DNA from: a virus
Lineage: Duplodnaviria > Heunggongvirae > Uroviricota > Caudoviricetes
IMG/VR virus record: IMGVR_UViG_3300009709_000001
Location: 160,001-224,000 of that record
Direction: 5' to 3' (one strand)
Length of the DNA stretch: 64,000 bases
Both the position numbers and the translations under genes were made by a program. Below, in pieces: positions 14,187-24,030 of this stretch. Each line of letters opens with the position of its first letter. The stretch's first letter is position 1. The notes beneath the pieces were generated by a model that was not told the DNA's origin, searched no databases, and worked only from the letters and a program-made list of their open reading frames with translations.

Positions 14187-14407
14187 ATATATTCATTGTA
14201 AGCACTTCTTACGAAATGCCTATGGTAAAGAACACAAAAATTATCACTTTTATGCTCTTTACCATCCGGTTCTGACTCTCCACGTTATCGCCGCAGATTT
14301 TATACCCCGAACACGCCCTTTTGCCGGATGTTTTTTACAGTGCCCGACGAGGAACTCGTTTCCTCATATTTCACACTTTCCAAACGTTGCCTCTATTACC
14401 AAGGTCA

Positions 14408-14438
14408 ACAAAAAAGCCGCTTAGTTTCCTAGCGGCTT
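14408..14438 (-). terminator. intrinsic terminator of the putative attenuator
   Basis: AAGCCGCTAG-GAAA-CTAAGCGGCTT then TTTTGTT. Confidence 0.85.
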
Positions 14439-14464
14439 CCTCTTGTAAAAATTCTGGATACTTT

Positions 14465-14620
14465 TTATTTGTGTCCAGACTCCTTATAACAGGAAGCCAT
14501 CCTAATCGGATCTTGGTCGAGATTACTCGCATTAAATCCGAACCAATAACCGGCGCAGATGCGTTCAGCGGTGTTCAACACCTCTGTATGCATTGTCGAT
14601 TTAATGGACGAATTAAACAT
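14465..14620 (-). CDS. putative attenuator leader peptide (51 aa, contains all 20 amino acids)
   Basis: MFNSSIKSTMHTEVLNTAERICAGYWFGFNASNLDQDPIRMASCYKESGHK; below the ORF-track size cut-off; its 3' end overlaps the antiterminator. Confidence 0.7.
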   Translation of the reverse strand: MFNSSIKSTMHTEVLNTAERICAGYWFGFNASNLDQDPIRMASCYKESGHK

Positions 14621-14699
14621 TTCGTAATCCAAAAATTAAGGTTAAGCTACTTTGCACGACACCAATTGTCATACAAGTTTATTTATCATCTAAGCCGCA

Positions 14700-14728
14700 A
14701 GTTTAACAGTTTATAGTTAATCTGTCAA
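14700..14728 (-). promoter_or_regulatory. sigma70 promoter (proximal) of the tRNA array
   Basis: TTGACA-17-TAAACT, followed by GATAAATA. Confidence 0.85.
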
Positions 14729-14789
14729 GTAATCAAGTTATCTTCTGAAAACAGATATATCACTTGCGTACATTTATTTATCTTCTGCA

Positions 14790-14818
14790 AGTTTAACACT
14801 ATTTCAAAACGGTGTCAA
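14790..14818 (-). promoter_or_regulatory. sigma70 promoter (middle) of the tRNA array
   Basis: TTGACA-17-TAAACT, followed by GATAAATA. Confidence 0.85.
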
Positions 14819-14867
14819 TCTTGGCAGTTTTTGCAAGATTTGCGTTTAGCAACTCTGCATGTGACTA

Positions 14868-14896
14868 ATTGTATGCTAATTTAGTTAAGGTGTCAA
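14868..14896 (-). promoter_or_regulatory. sigma70 promoter (distal) of the tRNA array
   Basis: TTGACA-17-TACAAT. Confidence 0.8.
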
Positions 14897-15098
14897 GCCC
14901 CAATCTTTTATGCTTGAATGTAAAGTTTTCTTCTGTCATCACCATAAACAGCACACGAAATTATTTATCAGGGAGACCGTATAGACCGGGGCGTATCGTC
15001 GTCGCAGTTGGCACTACGAAACTTTATCTATTGTTAACCCATATAGGCCTGTGATGGTTCTAATTTTGCGCTATATTTATATTAGTTGTCAAATGCAC

Positions 15099-15890
15099 TC
15101 AAACGAGTGATCCGCCAAAAGTTGGAACTGTTTGTGTCGGATGATTTCGTTGCTGAATCGCCGATGTATAAGTTCCAGTGTAGGTATCAGGTATAACGCC
15201 TGCCGTTACTATATTGAGTGTTATTGTAATTGTCAAGACGGTAGCACTACCCGCAGCAGCATTCGCTACCATACTGATTGAATATGTACTTGCCGAGTAA
15301 ACTCCACCGTCATTGGCTGTGAATAATGATACCGAACCTGTACCAATATTCGAGCCGCCAGTGCCCGGATTATTCACAGTACCACCTGATCCTGTTCTGA
15401 AATGACCCTGATCGTAAATGACAATTGTTCCAATGTTAGAAAACATTGTAGCCAAGGTATTATCTGCAACTGTACCGGCACTCTGACTTGGAGAAATTTG
15501 GATACGACCACCATAGAAGAAATAATTCGTCAATGCGGCTGCACTAGCGAAACTCACGGTTAAGGTGTGCGTCCATGTTCTAGGAGAAGTCCAACCAGTA
15601 GTAGATTTTGTTCCACCTGCAGGAGTTGTCAGCGAATACTGGCCTGCATTTCCACAGAAGATTGCAGCCAAATCAGTATTTGGGCTCCATGCAATAGCCG
15701 ATGTCAACAAACTTGTATTCGGTATTCTCGAACCAAGATTCTGTTGGGCAGGGTTTGCTAATGGATCATACCGTGTTTGCAAATCCACACCTGCAACTCG
15801 ATAATTAACAAGGCCGGCAGCATTGTTAGTCACATGCGGTGCAAAAAGGGTATCAAGATCGACACCCCCGGATTGAATATTGGCTGCCAT
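15099..15890 (-). CDS. virion structural/tail fibre-associated protein
   Basis: Gly/Thr/Ser-rich 263 aa, directly follows the fibre gene. Confidence 0.65.
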   Translation of the reverse strand: MAANIQSGGVDLDTLFAPHVTNNAAGLVNYRVAGVDLQTRYDPLANPAQQNLGSRIPNTSLLTSAIAWSPNTDLAAIFCGNAGQYSLTTPAGGTKSTTGWTSPRTWTHTLTVSFASAAALTNYFFYGGRIQISPSQSAGTVADNTLATMFSNIGTIVIYDQGHFRTGSGGTVNNPGTGGSNIGTGSVSLFTANDGGVYSASTYSISMVANAAAGSATVLTITITLNIVTAGVIPDTYTGTYTSAIQQRNHPTQTVPTFGGSLV

Positions 15891-17615
15891 TTATTTCGAG
15901 CCTTTGATTAATGCCATGACTTGCTTCATTTGATTTTGCAAGTCTTCGATAACTTTCTGTTGTTCCTGAACTTTCGCCGTTAGAATTGTTGCTAGCTTGC
16001 CGTAATCGATACCAGAAGCTTTACCTTCCGCATCTTTCCCAACAACTTCTGGATATACCTGTTCCATTTCTTCTGCTACGAATCCAAATTCATGAGCCTG
16101 ATAATCTGTACGGTCGTATTCGCGTGGCTTCAAATCTGCAAATTTTGCAAGATAAGGTTTTCCGAGATTTTTAATCTTCTTCTTAACTCTCTTTGTGGAA
16201 GTTGAGTTAAATGTACCGGCAGTCATTGTTCCACTGATTGTCACAGAAGATGGCAATGACAAGGTAATAGCACCTGTACTTGCTGAAGATGTAATCTGAT
16301 TGGCTGTTCCAGCTACCGAAAGAACACCCGTATTACCGATTGTTACATTTCCAGTTGCTCCCGAGACAGAAATTCCCGAACCAGCGATATTACTAAGGAC
16401 TCCAGTATTCGAAATTGATGTTCCCGCAATATTGATACCGGTACCTGCTGTATAGGTTGCAGGACCGCCAAATTGAGAGAATACAATTGAAGTTACACCT
16501 ACAGTAATTGTACCGGTTGTAGTTTGAACCCATTGAGTTCCAGCAAGAGTACCTTGCTGAACATAGACTGCATCACCTGCCTGAATTTCAGTCGAAGGGG
16601 AACCGTTGAAGTCCGTAGCACGAGTCATCACCCAGTTTGCTGTTGCCTGAGTAACGGTATAAATTCCGTTTTGAAGTTGTGTGGTTTGATCCTTAACCAA
16701 TACACGATTGCCGATAACAGGAGTAATGCCACCAATAGATGGAATTGCACCAGTACCAGTTAATGTCGCACCGACTCCGCCGGAACCGTTGTTATAGGTT
16801 GCAGAAAGATTAGAACCATTTGTCGAAGTAACACATGCAGCATGGATTGTTAAACCAGATGCAATATCATCGACATATTGCTTAGTTACTGCACCGAGTG
16901 AATTTACAGGTGCAGCATTCAATATCAGATAACCAAGCATTGTATCACCGGCAACATTTACTGGTGTATATCCTAATGCGGTTGTGATATCAGGGTTTGT
17001 AACCGCAGAAGTTGCTGTTGTCAGCCCTTTTCCGTTAACTGTAATCCGTCTAAATGTGTCTGTTTGTGGCGAAACATTAACAGTTGCCAGCGTTATTGGG
17101 TTTGTGACGTTTGCCGATCCGTCAAAAGTGACAGACCATGTTGCATCACTAGTTGCAGAAATTGTTCTTGTGGTTTTAAGCGCAGATGCGGTTGTTGCAT
17201 TACCCGAGAAATTACCAATAAAGATAGGCGAAGTTACCGATGTGGTAAAGATACCTGCATCGGCATTTACACTTCCAGAAATTACAGCAGTCGCACCATT
17301 TAATGAACCCGACGCTGTTACTGACGACGCGCTAAGGCTTCCTGAAAAAGAACCAGTTGCACCGGTTAACGGTGCAGTAATTGTTGCCGGACCATTAACG
17401 GTCAACGGACCCGAAACTGTTGTGGGGCCGAATTTAGCGTTACCATTAACTTCGAGTGTTGCTGTCGGTGTTAATGTCCCGATGCCTACATTTCCAGAAA
17501 TCCTGGTATTGTTCCTAACATGCAATGTGCCGTCGATGTAGAAATCCATGTCGACTGCAGAATCTACGTTCTGATAAACGACAATACCGTCTTGTATCTT
17601 AATTCTTTGTGCCAT
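15891..17615 (-). CDS. tail fibre protein with C-terminal peptidase S74 intramolecular chaperone
   Basis: GNVGIGT, ALGYTP, RVLVKDQT..QNGIY fibre motifs; STKRVKKKI...GFVAEE...IDYGKL plus coiled coil. Confidence 0.85.
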   Translation of the reverse strand: MAQRIKIQDGIVVYQNVDSAVDMDFYIDGTLHVRNNTRISGNVGIGTLTPTATLEVNGNAKFGPTTVSGPLTVNGPATITAPLTGATGSFSGSLSASSVTASGSLNGATAVISGSVNADAGIFTTSVTSPIFIGNFSGNATTASALKTTRTISATSDATWSVTFDGSANVTNPITLATVNVSPQTDTFRRITVNGKGLTTATSAVTNPDITTALGYTPVNVAGDTMLGYLILNAAPVNSLGAVTKQYVDDIASGLTIHAACVTSTNGSNLSATYNNGSGGVGATLTGTGAIPSIGGITPVIGNRVLVKDQTTQLQNGIYTVTQATANWVMTRATDFNGSPSTEIQAGDAVYVQQGTLAGTQWVQTTTGTITVGVTSIVFSQFGGPATYTAGTGINIAGTSISNTGVLSNIAGSGISVSGATGNVTIGNTGVLSVAGTANQITSSASTGAITLSLPSSVTISGTMTAGTFNSTSTKRVKKKIKNLGKPYLAKFADLKPREYDRTDYQAHEFGFVAEEMEQVYPEVVGKDAEGKASGIDYGKLATILTAKVQEQQKVIEDLQNQMKQVMALIKGSK

Positions 17616-17675
17616 GTGCGGATTACCCTATTCTTCCTATATTTATCTCAATAATTGGTTTATGATACGGCCATA

Positions 17676-17703
17676 AAAATAGGCTACCGAAGTAGCCTAT
17701 TTA
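17676..17703. terminator. intrinsic terminator (bidirectional)
   Basis: AAAATAGGCTAC-CGAA-GTAGCCTATTT. Confidence 0.8.
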
Positions 17704-17721
17704 ATTTTCATTAAACCAGGT

Positions 17722-19044
17722 TTATGCTGGTTCGACAATCATCCAAGCAACAACCGATGTATCAGATGCGCTTGACGATAGAATAGTAAACGAAGTACCT
17801 GCTGTTCTTGCCGAAACAACTAGGAATCCAGCAGTTCCACCAACAGATTGTGTTGTAAGGAAAATACGGCTATTTGCAGTAACCGAAGTATTTGAAACCA
17901 CAACAGTTCCAGCTACCAAAGTCGCTACACCCATCTTAGCATTCGAACCTTCCTTAATACGAAGACCAGTACCAACGCGCTGGATCAATAGGTTACCGGT
18001 TGAATCGATACGAATCGATTCAGTAGTACCTGTCGAAATACCGACGCTGTTTGCAGCTGGAAGATACACACCGTTAGCAGGAGCAGTTGAACCAGTGACG
18101 TTAACAGTGGTTGCATGGAATGTACCAGACTGCGTCATTGCTGTGCCAGTAAATGCAATCGTGTTAACAGTATTGCCAGTACGTGTCATCGAGAATACAG
18201 GTGTAGAGCTGGCAAATGTATCATCGTCAACAGCGATGAAGAATGTACTAGAATTGTTAACACGAGTTTCCCAGACACGGTTATTAGCAGTTGCCGAAGT
18301 ATTGACAATTGTCATTTCCGGGAATGTACCAGTGCCGATGTATGTACCAGACGATAGTGCCAGATTCGATGGAGCGGTACCAATGGTTGTCCAGGTAGGT
18401 GCCGATGTAGCATTCGAACGGAGATACTGACCATTGGTACCAACGTTTGCCGAACCGTTTAACGACCATACACCGTTGTTGTTGATACGGAATCTTTCAT
18501 TACGTGTTGTACCATTGCCAGAAGTGAAGAAAATATCACCACCAGTTGGACCACCAGTTGATGTTCCGTTACCAGCGTTCAAGATTAGGTTACCACCAGT
18601 TCCACCTGCCGAACCTGCTGTCAATGTTAAGTTACCACCAGTCGATCCCGAACCTGCTGTAATGGAAATTGCGCCACCGGCAGCGGTTAATTGACCATTG
18701 GTACCCCGCATTGATATTAACTGCACCAGCGACTGTTGCCGGACCACTGAAGTTATCACCAACGCTACCGGCGTTAATCGTAAGGTTACCACCATTACCT
18801 GTACCGCCTGTCTGTGTACCTGCCGAGATTGTTACTGCACCACCGTTTGCGGTTGTCACCGACACACTTGTTACTGTACCGGTACCTGGCGGAGACGCCC
18901 ATGTACCCGAACTTCTAAATTTTAATGAATTTGCAGTGGTATCAAACCACACATCACCGTTAACAACAGTGTATGATCCTATCCAGTCTTACCTAATTTG
19001 AAATAAGGTACACTCGTACCTTTAGCATTGATTGTTACTGACAT
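17722..19044 (-). pseudogene. frameshifted tail fibre-like gene
   Basis: AGGAGG SD and MSVTINAKG start at 19044; fibre-like sequence continues across frame breaks near 18980 and 18705. Confidence 0.7.
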
Positions 19045-19101
19045 AGCCCTCCTGTTCAGGTGTTACCCTGTCTGATTCCCATCAGTCTAGTGCTTGCTCG
19101 T

Positions 19102-19139
19102 TATTTATCCAGAAATATGAATGTATCAGTTGATAAATA
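19102..19139. promoter_or_regulatory. divergent pair of late promoters (GATAAATA)
   Basis: tatttatc 19102-19109 (minus) and gataaata 19132-19139 (plus); variant of T4 TATAAATA. Confidence 0.75.
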
Positions 19140-19160
19140 ATAGAAACGAGGATTAGTAGA

Positions 19161-20468
19161 ATGCCAAGAATTTCTCTTTGGAATCCTGTAAAAGGTGATG
19201 ACTTCAATTATATCGACAGAGCTGTGGGCGAAGGCCTTAGAATTGCCGGCGACGGTGTTCTAGTTCATATGTATGAAGGTCCGACCACAGATGCAAATGG
19301 TAATACTGATACAAATCTAACTACAATTCAAGATGTGTTGTTTCTAACAAACAACAATCGAAAATATAATCCTAATGTTATCGAACTACGTGGGCATCAT
19401 GTTCCACAGGACGTGAACTACGACTTATCGCAATTTGGTATTTTTCTAAGTTCTGATATGATTCGCATTCAGTTTCATTTTAACGATATGATGGATGCAC
19501 TTGGTAGAAAACTTATTGCTGGCGATGTTCTCGAATTTCCTAGCATGAGAGATAAGCCAATTTTTGATAATGCTGTCGGAATTAACAAATATTATGTCGT
19601 TCAAGATGCACTCTATGCCGCAGGTGGATACGGACAAAAATGGTTCCCACATATTTGGCTTATTCGTGCAAAACAGATGACTGCATCTGTAGAGTTCCAA
19701 GAAATTATCGATCAAGCTTCTACAGGCCAAACTGCTGGCGGTGTTGGTCAAGGTATTGGTGTTATGCCACCTGGATTTACAGATACGGCAGACAATCAAG
19801 GTAACCCAGGATTAGGATGTAACCCGAATATTAAAAACTCACTCGACCTATTTTGCCAGATTATCAAGATTACTGATGAGATTGTTGCTGAGGCGGAAAA
19901 GAATGCCTTCTTCGATCCTAAGTTCTTCGAAAGTTCTAATCTATACATTTACCTCGATGAAAAAGGCTATCCAATCATCGGTAGTAATTATTTCAGTGGT
20001 GACGGTGCCCCACCAAACTGGTCGCCAGATTTAAATCAGGACTTGACACCAGGTGGTCCACTTGTTGGTGCAGGTGTTGCTTTTCCACCAGATATGCAAG
20101 ATGAAGAATATTACCTTCGCCTGGATTATTATCCGGAACGTTTGTTCCAAAAGCAAGGAAACTGCTACAAACTTATCGAGGTAAATGTTTTGAAAATCTG
20201 GACTGCTTACAACCGTGTTCTCGATACCTTTATCGACAATAATAGAGATACTGTTCTTTCCGACGGCACCGTTCTTCCAGAAAAACAAGCTCTTTCACAA
20301 GTGGTTAAACAGAAAGTTGACCTGTACGCGGAAAGAAAGGCTAAGGTACTTTCTGATGAAGCTGCAAGACAAGCGGTTGCAGATCAACGTGCTGCACTTC
20401 GTGGCAATAGTTCAAATACAGGTTCACCAGGTGTTGGCTCAGGCGGTACAGGTGGCTTACCAGGATAA
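19161..20468 (+). CDS. neck/head-completion protein (T4 gp14-like)
   Basis: DLSQFGIFLSSD...GDVLEFP motifs; lies upstream of the gp15-like gene. Confidence 0.65.
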   Translation: MPRISLWNPVKGDDFNYIDRAVGEGLRIAGDGVLVHMYEGPTTDANGNTDTNLTTIQDVLFLTNNNRKYNPNVIELRGHHVPQDVNYDLSQFGIFLSSDMIRIQFHFNDMMDALGRKLIAGDVLEFPSMRDKPIFDNAVGINKYYVVQDALYAAGGYGQKWFPHIWLIRAKQMTASVEFQEIIDQASTGQTAGGVGQGIGVMPPGFTDTADNQGNPGLGCNPNIKNSLDLFCQIIKITDEIVAEAEKNAFFDPKFFESSNLYIYLDEKGYPIIGSNYFSGDGAPPNWSPDLNQDLTPGGPLVGAGVAFPPDMQDEEYYLRLDYYPERLFQKQGNCYKLIEVNVLKIWTAYNRVLDTFIDNNRDTVLSDGTVLPEKQALSQVVKQKVDLYAERKAKVLSDEAARQAVADQRAALRGNSSNTGSPGVGSGGTGGLPG

Positions 20469-20471
20469 TAA

Positions 20472-21920
20472 ATGGATTTTTTCTACGACGGCCAAGTAAG
20501 GCGCTACCTAGTGCAATTCATGAGAATCTTTTCTGATATTAAGATCAGAAACGGTCCAGATTCCAACGGCCTATATACCATTCAACGAGTTCCAATTATG
20601 TACGGTGATCCATCGTATATGGTCGCACAACTCATCAAGGGTGCTAGTGAAAACACTATGCTCCCATCGCCTATCTTTAGTGCATACATCGATAATATTA
20701 AGATGGCGCCGAAGCGCAGACAAGATACGCAATATGTTGGTAAGATCTCTACAGTAGAAAGAGAGTTTGATAAACTTACAAGTGAATACGGACATGGCCC
20801 GGGTGTCAGACAAGATGTTGAAAGATACATGCCAGTTCCCTACGACTTGACTTTTAAACTCGATTGCTGGACAACTAATGTGACCACAAAGTTACAGATC
20901 ATGGAACAGATTTGCACAATCTTCAATCCATCGATTCAGCTTCAACAGAATAGTAATATCCTTGACTGGACAAGTATTTTTGAAGTTTGGCTCGAAGATG
21001 TAACTTGGACAAATAGATCTATTCCACAAGGAAGCGATGATGTTCGCGATGTTATATCATTTAAGTTCAAAATTGAAGCATGGATTAATCCGCCTGCGAA
21101 ACTCAAGAGAAGCGGACTTATTGCAGAAATTGTTACAAACGTTTTCAATGTCGCAGACGTAGCCGGTATTGAAAAATCATTGCGTCCTGACGAGTATGAT
21201 CCATTCAGAGAATGTCTTGGCGGCATTCCAATTCAGATTGTTACTACCGAAGGTAATTACAAAATTTCTGTTGCGATGAATGCAGGTGTTCAGGAAATTA
21301 CACTTCTAAATGAATGGGGACAAGTGGATCCAGCACTGAGCTGGGAAAGTCTAATACAGAAATACGGGCAAATAACGCCTGAAATTACAAAGATTCGTTT
21401 AAAGCTTGACCCGAACCTAGACGTTAGCGACAGTGACATTATTGGCGGAATTTTGCAGGATCCCGCACGACAGAACGTATTATTCTTTAACCCTGACGTC
21501 GACACTTTACCGCCAAACACAATGCCACCTATCACCAGCATCATCGATCCTAAGGAAGTTGTACCAGGTGATGGTTTACCTATGCCTATTCCAGGACAAC
21601 GTTATCTTCTTACCTCACACGACAGTGCCGGGGAAGAACCTGCAATCCCACCGGGTGTTCCAACAAGCCCATGGGGTTCATCAATTGTTGCCTATCCCAA
21701 CGATATCATTGAATTTAATGGAATTACCTGGGTCGTTGCTTTCGATTCAAGAAATTCTGTCGGAAACAATTATGTCGTAAATAATGAAAACGGTTCTCAG
21801 TATACCTTCAATGGTGAAGACTGGACATACACATACTTCGGTACCTATGCTCCGGGTTATTGGAGAATCGATAACATTATTCAGGCACCAGATGGAACCA
21901 CAATCAACAACTACGAATAA
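20472..21920 (+). CDS. tail terminator/sheath stabiliser (T4 gp15-like)
   Basis: FYDGQVRRYL..F...VPIMYG...PVPYDL...QIMEQI..FNP. Confidence 0.8.
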   Translation: MDFFYDGQVRRYLVQFMRIFSDIKIRNGPDSNGLYTIQRVPIMYGDPSYMVAQLIKGASENTMLPSPIFSAYIDNIKMAPKRRQDTQYVGKISTVEREFDKLTSEYGHGPGVRQDVERYMPVPYDLTFKLDCWTTNVTTKLQIMEQICTIFNPSIQLQQNSNILDWTSIFEVWLEDVTWTNRSIPQGSDDVRDVISFKFKIEAWINPPAKLKRSGLIAEIVTNVFNVADVAGIEKSLRPDEYDPFRECLGGIPIQIVTTEGNYKISVAMNAGVQEITLLNEWGQVDPALSWESLIQKYGQITPEITKIRLKLDPNLDVSDSDIIGGILQDPARQNVLFFNPDVDTLPPNTMPPITSIIDPKEVVPGDGLPMPIPGQRYLLTSHDSAGEEPAIPPGVPTSPWGSSIVAYPNDIIEFNGITWVVAFDSRNSVGNNYVVNNENGSQYTFNGEDWTYTYFGTYAPGYWRIDNIIQAPDGTTINNYE

Positions 21921-22362
21921 TATCCTACCAGACAAAATCGGCGTAGGAACTATTTTCGTATCCACCAAGACCAATAGAGTTCTTTTAAACCTCAGAGCAC
22001 CACATAAGACACACTCGATGTGTTGGTCGCTCTGGGGTGGAATGATGGAAGATGGTGAAAACCCTAAAGAAGCATTACTTCGTGAACTTAGCGAAGAAAT
22101 GGGGTTTGTCCCGGATATTGAAAAAATCTATCCCTTTGATGTATATCAAAGTAAAGATAAGCATTTCAAATACTACAGCTTCGTATCAATTGTAGAAGAA
22201 GAATTTGTTCCTATTCTAAATATAGAGAGCTGTGGTTACTGTTGGATCGACCTTGGGCAATGGCCTAAACCAATGCACCAAGGCGCTAAGATTAGTTTCT
22301 GTAATCTTCGTGCTACAGAAAAAATTAAGATGATATTAACTCAGCATCAAATTAGTGTCTAA
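21892..22362 (+). CDS. NUDIX hydrolase
   Basis: GGMMEDGENPKEALLRELSEEMG Nudix box. Confidence 0.9.
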   Translation: MEPQSTTTNNILPDKIGVGTIFVSTKTNRVLLNLRAPHKTHSMCWSLWGGMMEDGENPKEALLRELSEEMGFVPDIEKIYPFDVYQSKDKHFKYYSFVSIVEEEFVPILNIESCGYCWIDLGQWPKPMHQGAKISFCNLRATEKIKMILTQHQISV

Positions 22363-22968
22363 TTTCAAAGACAACTTCAAAATCCTCACAATCATAGAAC
22401 ATCTGTGGTGTGAGGTTTTTCTTTTCTTAATTAATTCTTCAAAGTTTGAGAAACTTGTGTAATAATCGGGTTCAGCCATTAATGCTGTCCTGACAAGTTC
22501 GACGCAACTTAAAGCATTATCATTTTTCAAATCGAATAGATTATCGTAAGGCTTACCAACTTCTGATTTAGCCTTGACAAGAATTGCTGTCCAGTCATCG
22601 ATCTCCATGTTCTTTGGTTTTAGAAGAACAACAGAATTACAATCGAAAACTTTATCAAACGGTGTGTATTCAACACCAACACCAATGGCTTCAACAATTC
22701 TAAAGTCTGCATCACTTTTTACTTCATCTTCTGCATTCATAAATGCATGAGACCAATAACTCCATTTTCCGGATAATACAAAATTGGCAAAGGAAATCAT
22801 ATATGTCGAAAGATGATTATTACGACGCGAAAGCATAATGTAATAATTTCCTTTGAGCATTGTCCTAATTTCATCTTGTTCACTTGATGTAAGTGTATTC
22901 TTCGGTGCCCAATGAATCTTACCGAGGCCTTCAATAACTTCAATCCAAATTCTTTTAAAGATATTCAT
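22352..22968 (-). CDS. permuted papain-like NlpC/P60 (YiiX/YebB) protein, frameshifted near the C-terminus
   Basis: WSHA..VEA..GKPYD..LSCVELV; the expected LTPQMF tail lies in the -1 frame after an A run at ~22416-22420. Confidence 0.75.
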
Positions 22969-22969
22969 T

Positions 22970-23530
22970 TTATTCTCCGTAAATCTTTGGCCAACCACTC
23001 ATTACATCTATACTCATTGGATCTGAACTTGCCAATGCTGCTTGTCTTTTCTGCTCAGCAACTGCGTGAATTGTCACATCGGATGTGACAGCGGCTTGGA
23101 ATACCTGTGCTGCAAGAGTAGGAGTCATATTCACAAAATCACCCGACATTGTTTTCCACATAAGATTGGCTGGTAAATTCTGTCCAATCATAACTAGACC
23201 AATCTGCTGTGTTCTAGAAAATGTGTCAGGGTGGTACCAGTAGTTTCCTACCTTATAACCACCCTCGGTCTTTCTCCTATCACGTTCATTCTTAATTTGT
23301 TCCCACATGAAATCTTTTTGCTCTTGAAGGATCAAGGCTGCATAGGTTTCGGAATCGGGTGTATTAATCTGATTTGTTTCGGTAAAGATCCATTTTGCAG
23401 GACCGATTTCCATTGCAAATTCTTCATTATCGAAAATAGGATCTATAATCCAATTAGAATCATTTACAATATCCGGAAATGAATCAGTGCTGGATCATTC
23501 GAGTGTAATCTTGTTAAATGCTCTACTCAT
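22970..23530 (-). CDS. DUF4376-like tail fibre assembly protein with in-frame TGA at codon 12
   Basis: IKNERDRRK..GG..WKTMSG..GWP; in-frame ATG at 23530 coupled to the upstream stop; TGA at 23495-23497. Confidence 0.65.
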
Positions 23531-23676
23531 TAATAGGCCTCTATGGTATGATAGTATTTGGTAACTGTACTTGTGGCACCATTCTGAGTACAGGTGATTA
23601 ATAATGTCTGGGCGGTTGTGCTATTCACTGCCGAGGTGCCAGAAATTGCAGGCCCGGTAGCAATCTTGGTAGAAAT
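23530..23676 (-). pseudogene. C-terminal remnant of a tail fibre-like gene
   Basis: ATGPAISGTSAVNSTTAQTLLITCTQ...IEAY with no recognisable 5' part. Confidence 0.5.
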
Positions 23677-23970
23677 TTGCCGCAGGAATGGAAAGATAAC
23701 ATAGGTAAAGGCCAATTAGGCAAACCTAAGAAAAAAGGCAATACAAGTAGTTTCAAAGGAAAATCTCATTCCGAGGAATTTAAGAAAGAAATGAGTAATC
23801 GCAGGAAGGGTGTTGCCGCAAGGACGGGTATCCCTTTTTCAGACGAAACTAAAAAGATGATGTCCGAAAATAGAAAAGGTAAATCTAAACAACCATGGTC
23901 TGAGGAGCGTAAGGAAGCAAGAAGAAGACTCCTATTAGACAAAAAGAATAGTCAAGAAAAAAGCCCCTAA
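23677..23970 (+). pseudogene. NUMOD3-repeat fragment of a homing endonuclease
   Basis: GKSHSEEFKKEMS, FSDETKKMMS, PWSEERK repeats; no nuclease domain. Confidence 0.65.
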
Positions 23971-23984
23971 TTTAGGGGCTTTTT
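23957..23984. terminator. intrinsic terminator (bidirectional) after the capsid gene
   Basis: AAAAAGCCCCTA-AT-TTAGGGGCTTTTT. Confidence 0.85.
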
Positions 23985-24030
23985 CATTTTTACGAACTAC
24001 GCTTGTAGCACCATTAAATCTGGAGTCGAT

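Noticed and set aside
14098-14716. Plus-strand ORFs 14098..14424 and 14321..14716
   Set aside because: Antisense to the tRNA, attenuator and promoters, with TTG starts and no SD
15099-19044. Diversity-generating retroelement or invertase-driven fibre switching
   Set aside because: No reverse transcriptase, recombinase, template/variable repeat pair or inverted crossover sites seen in the window
18979-23497. Stop-codon reassignment suggested by internal TAG and TGA
   Set aside because: Intact genes end in TAG (portal, HNH) and TGA (gp26-like, gp5-like), no suppressor anticodon was seen, and the TAG case also needs a frame change
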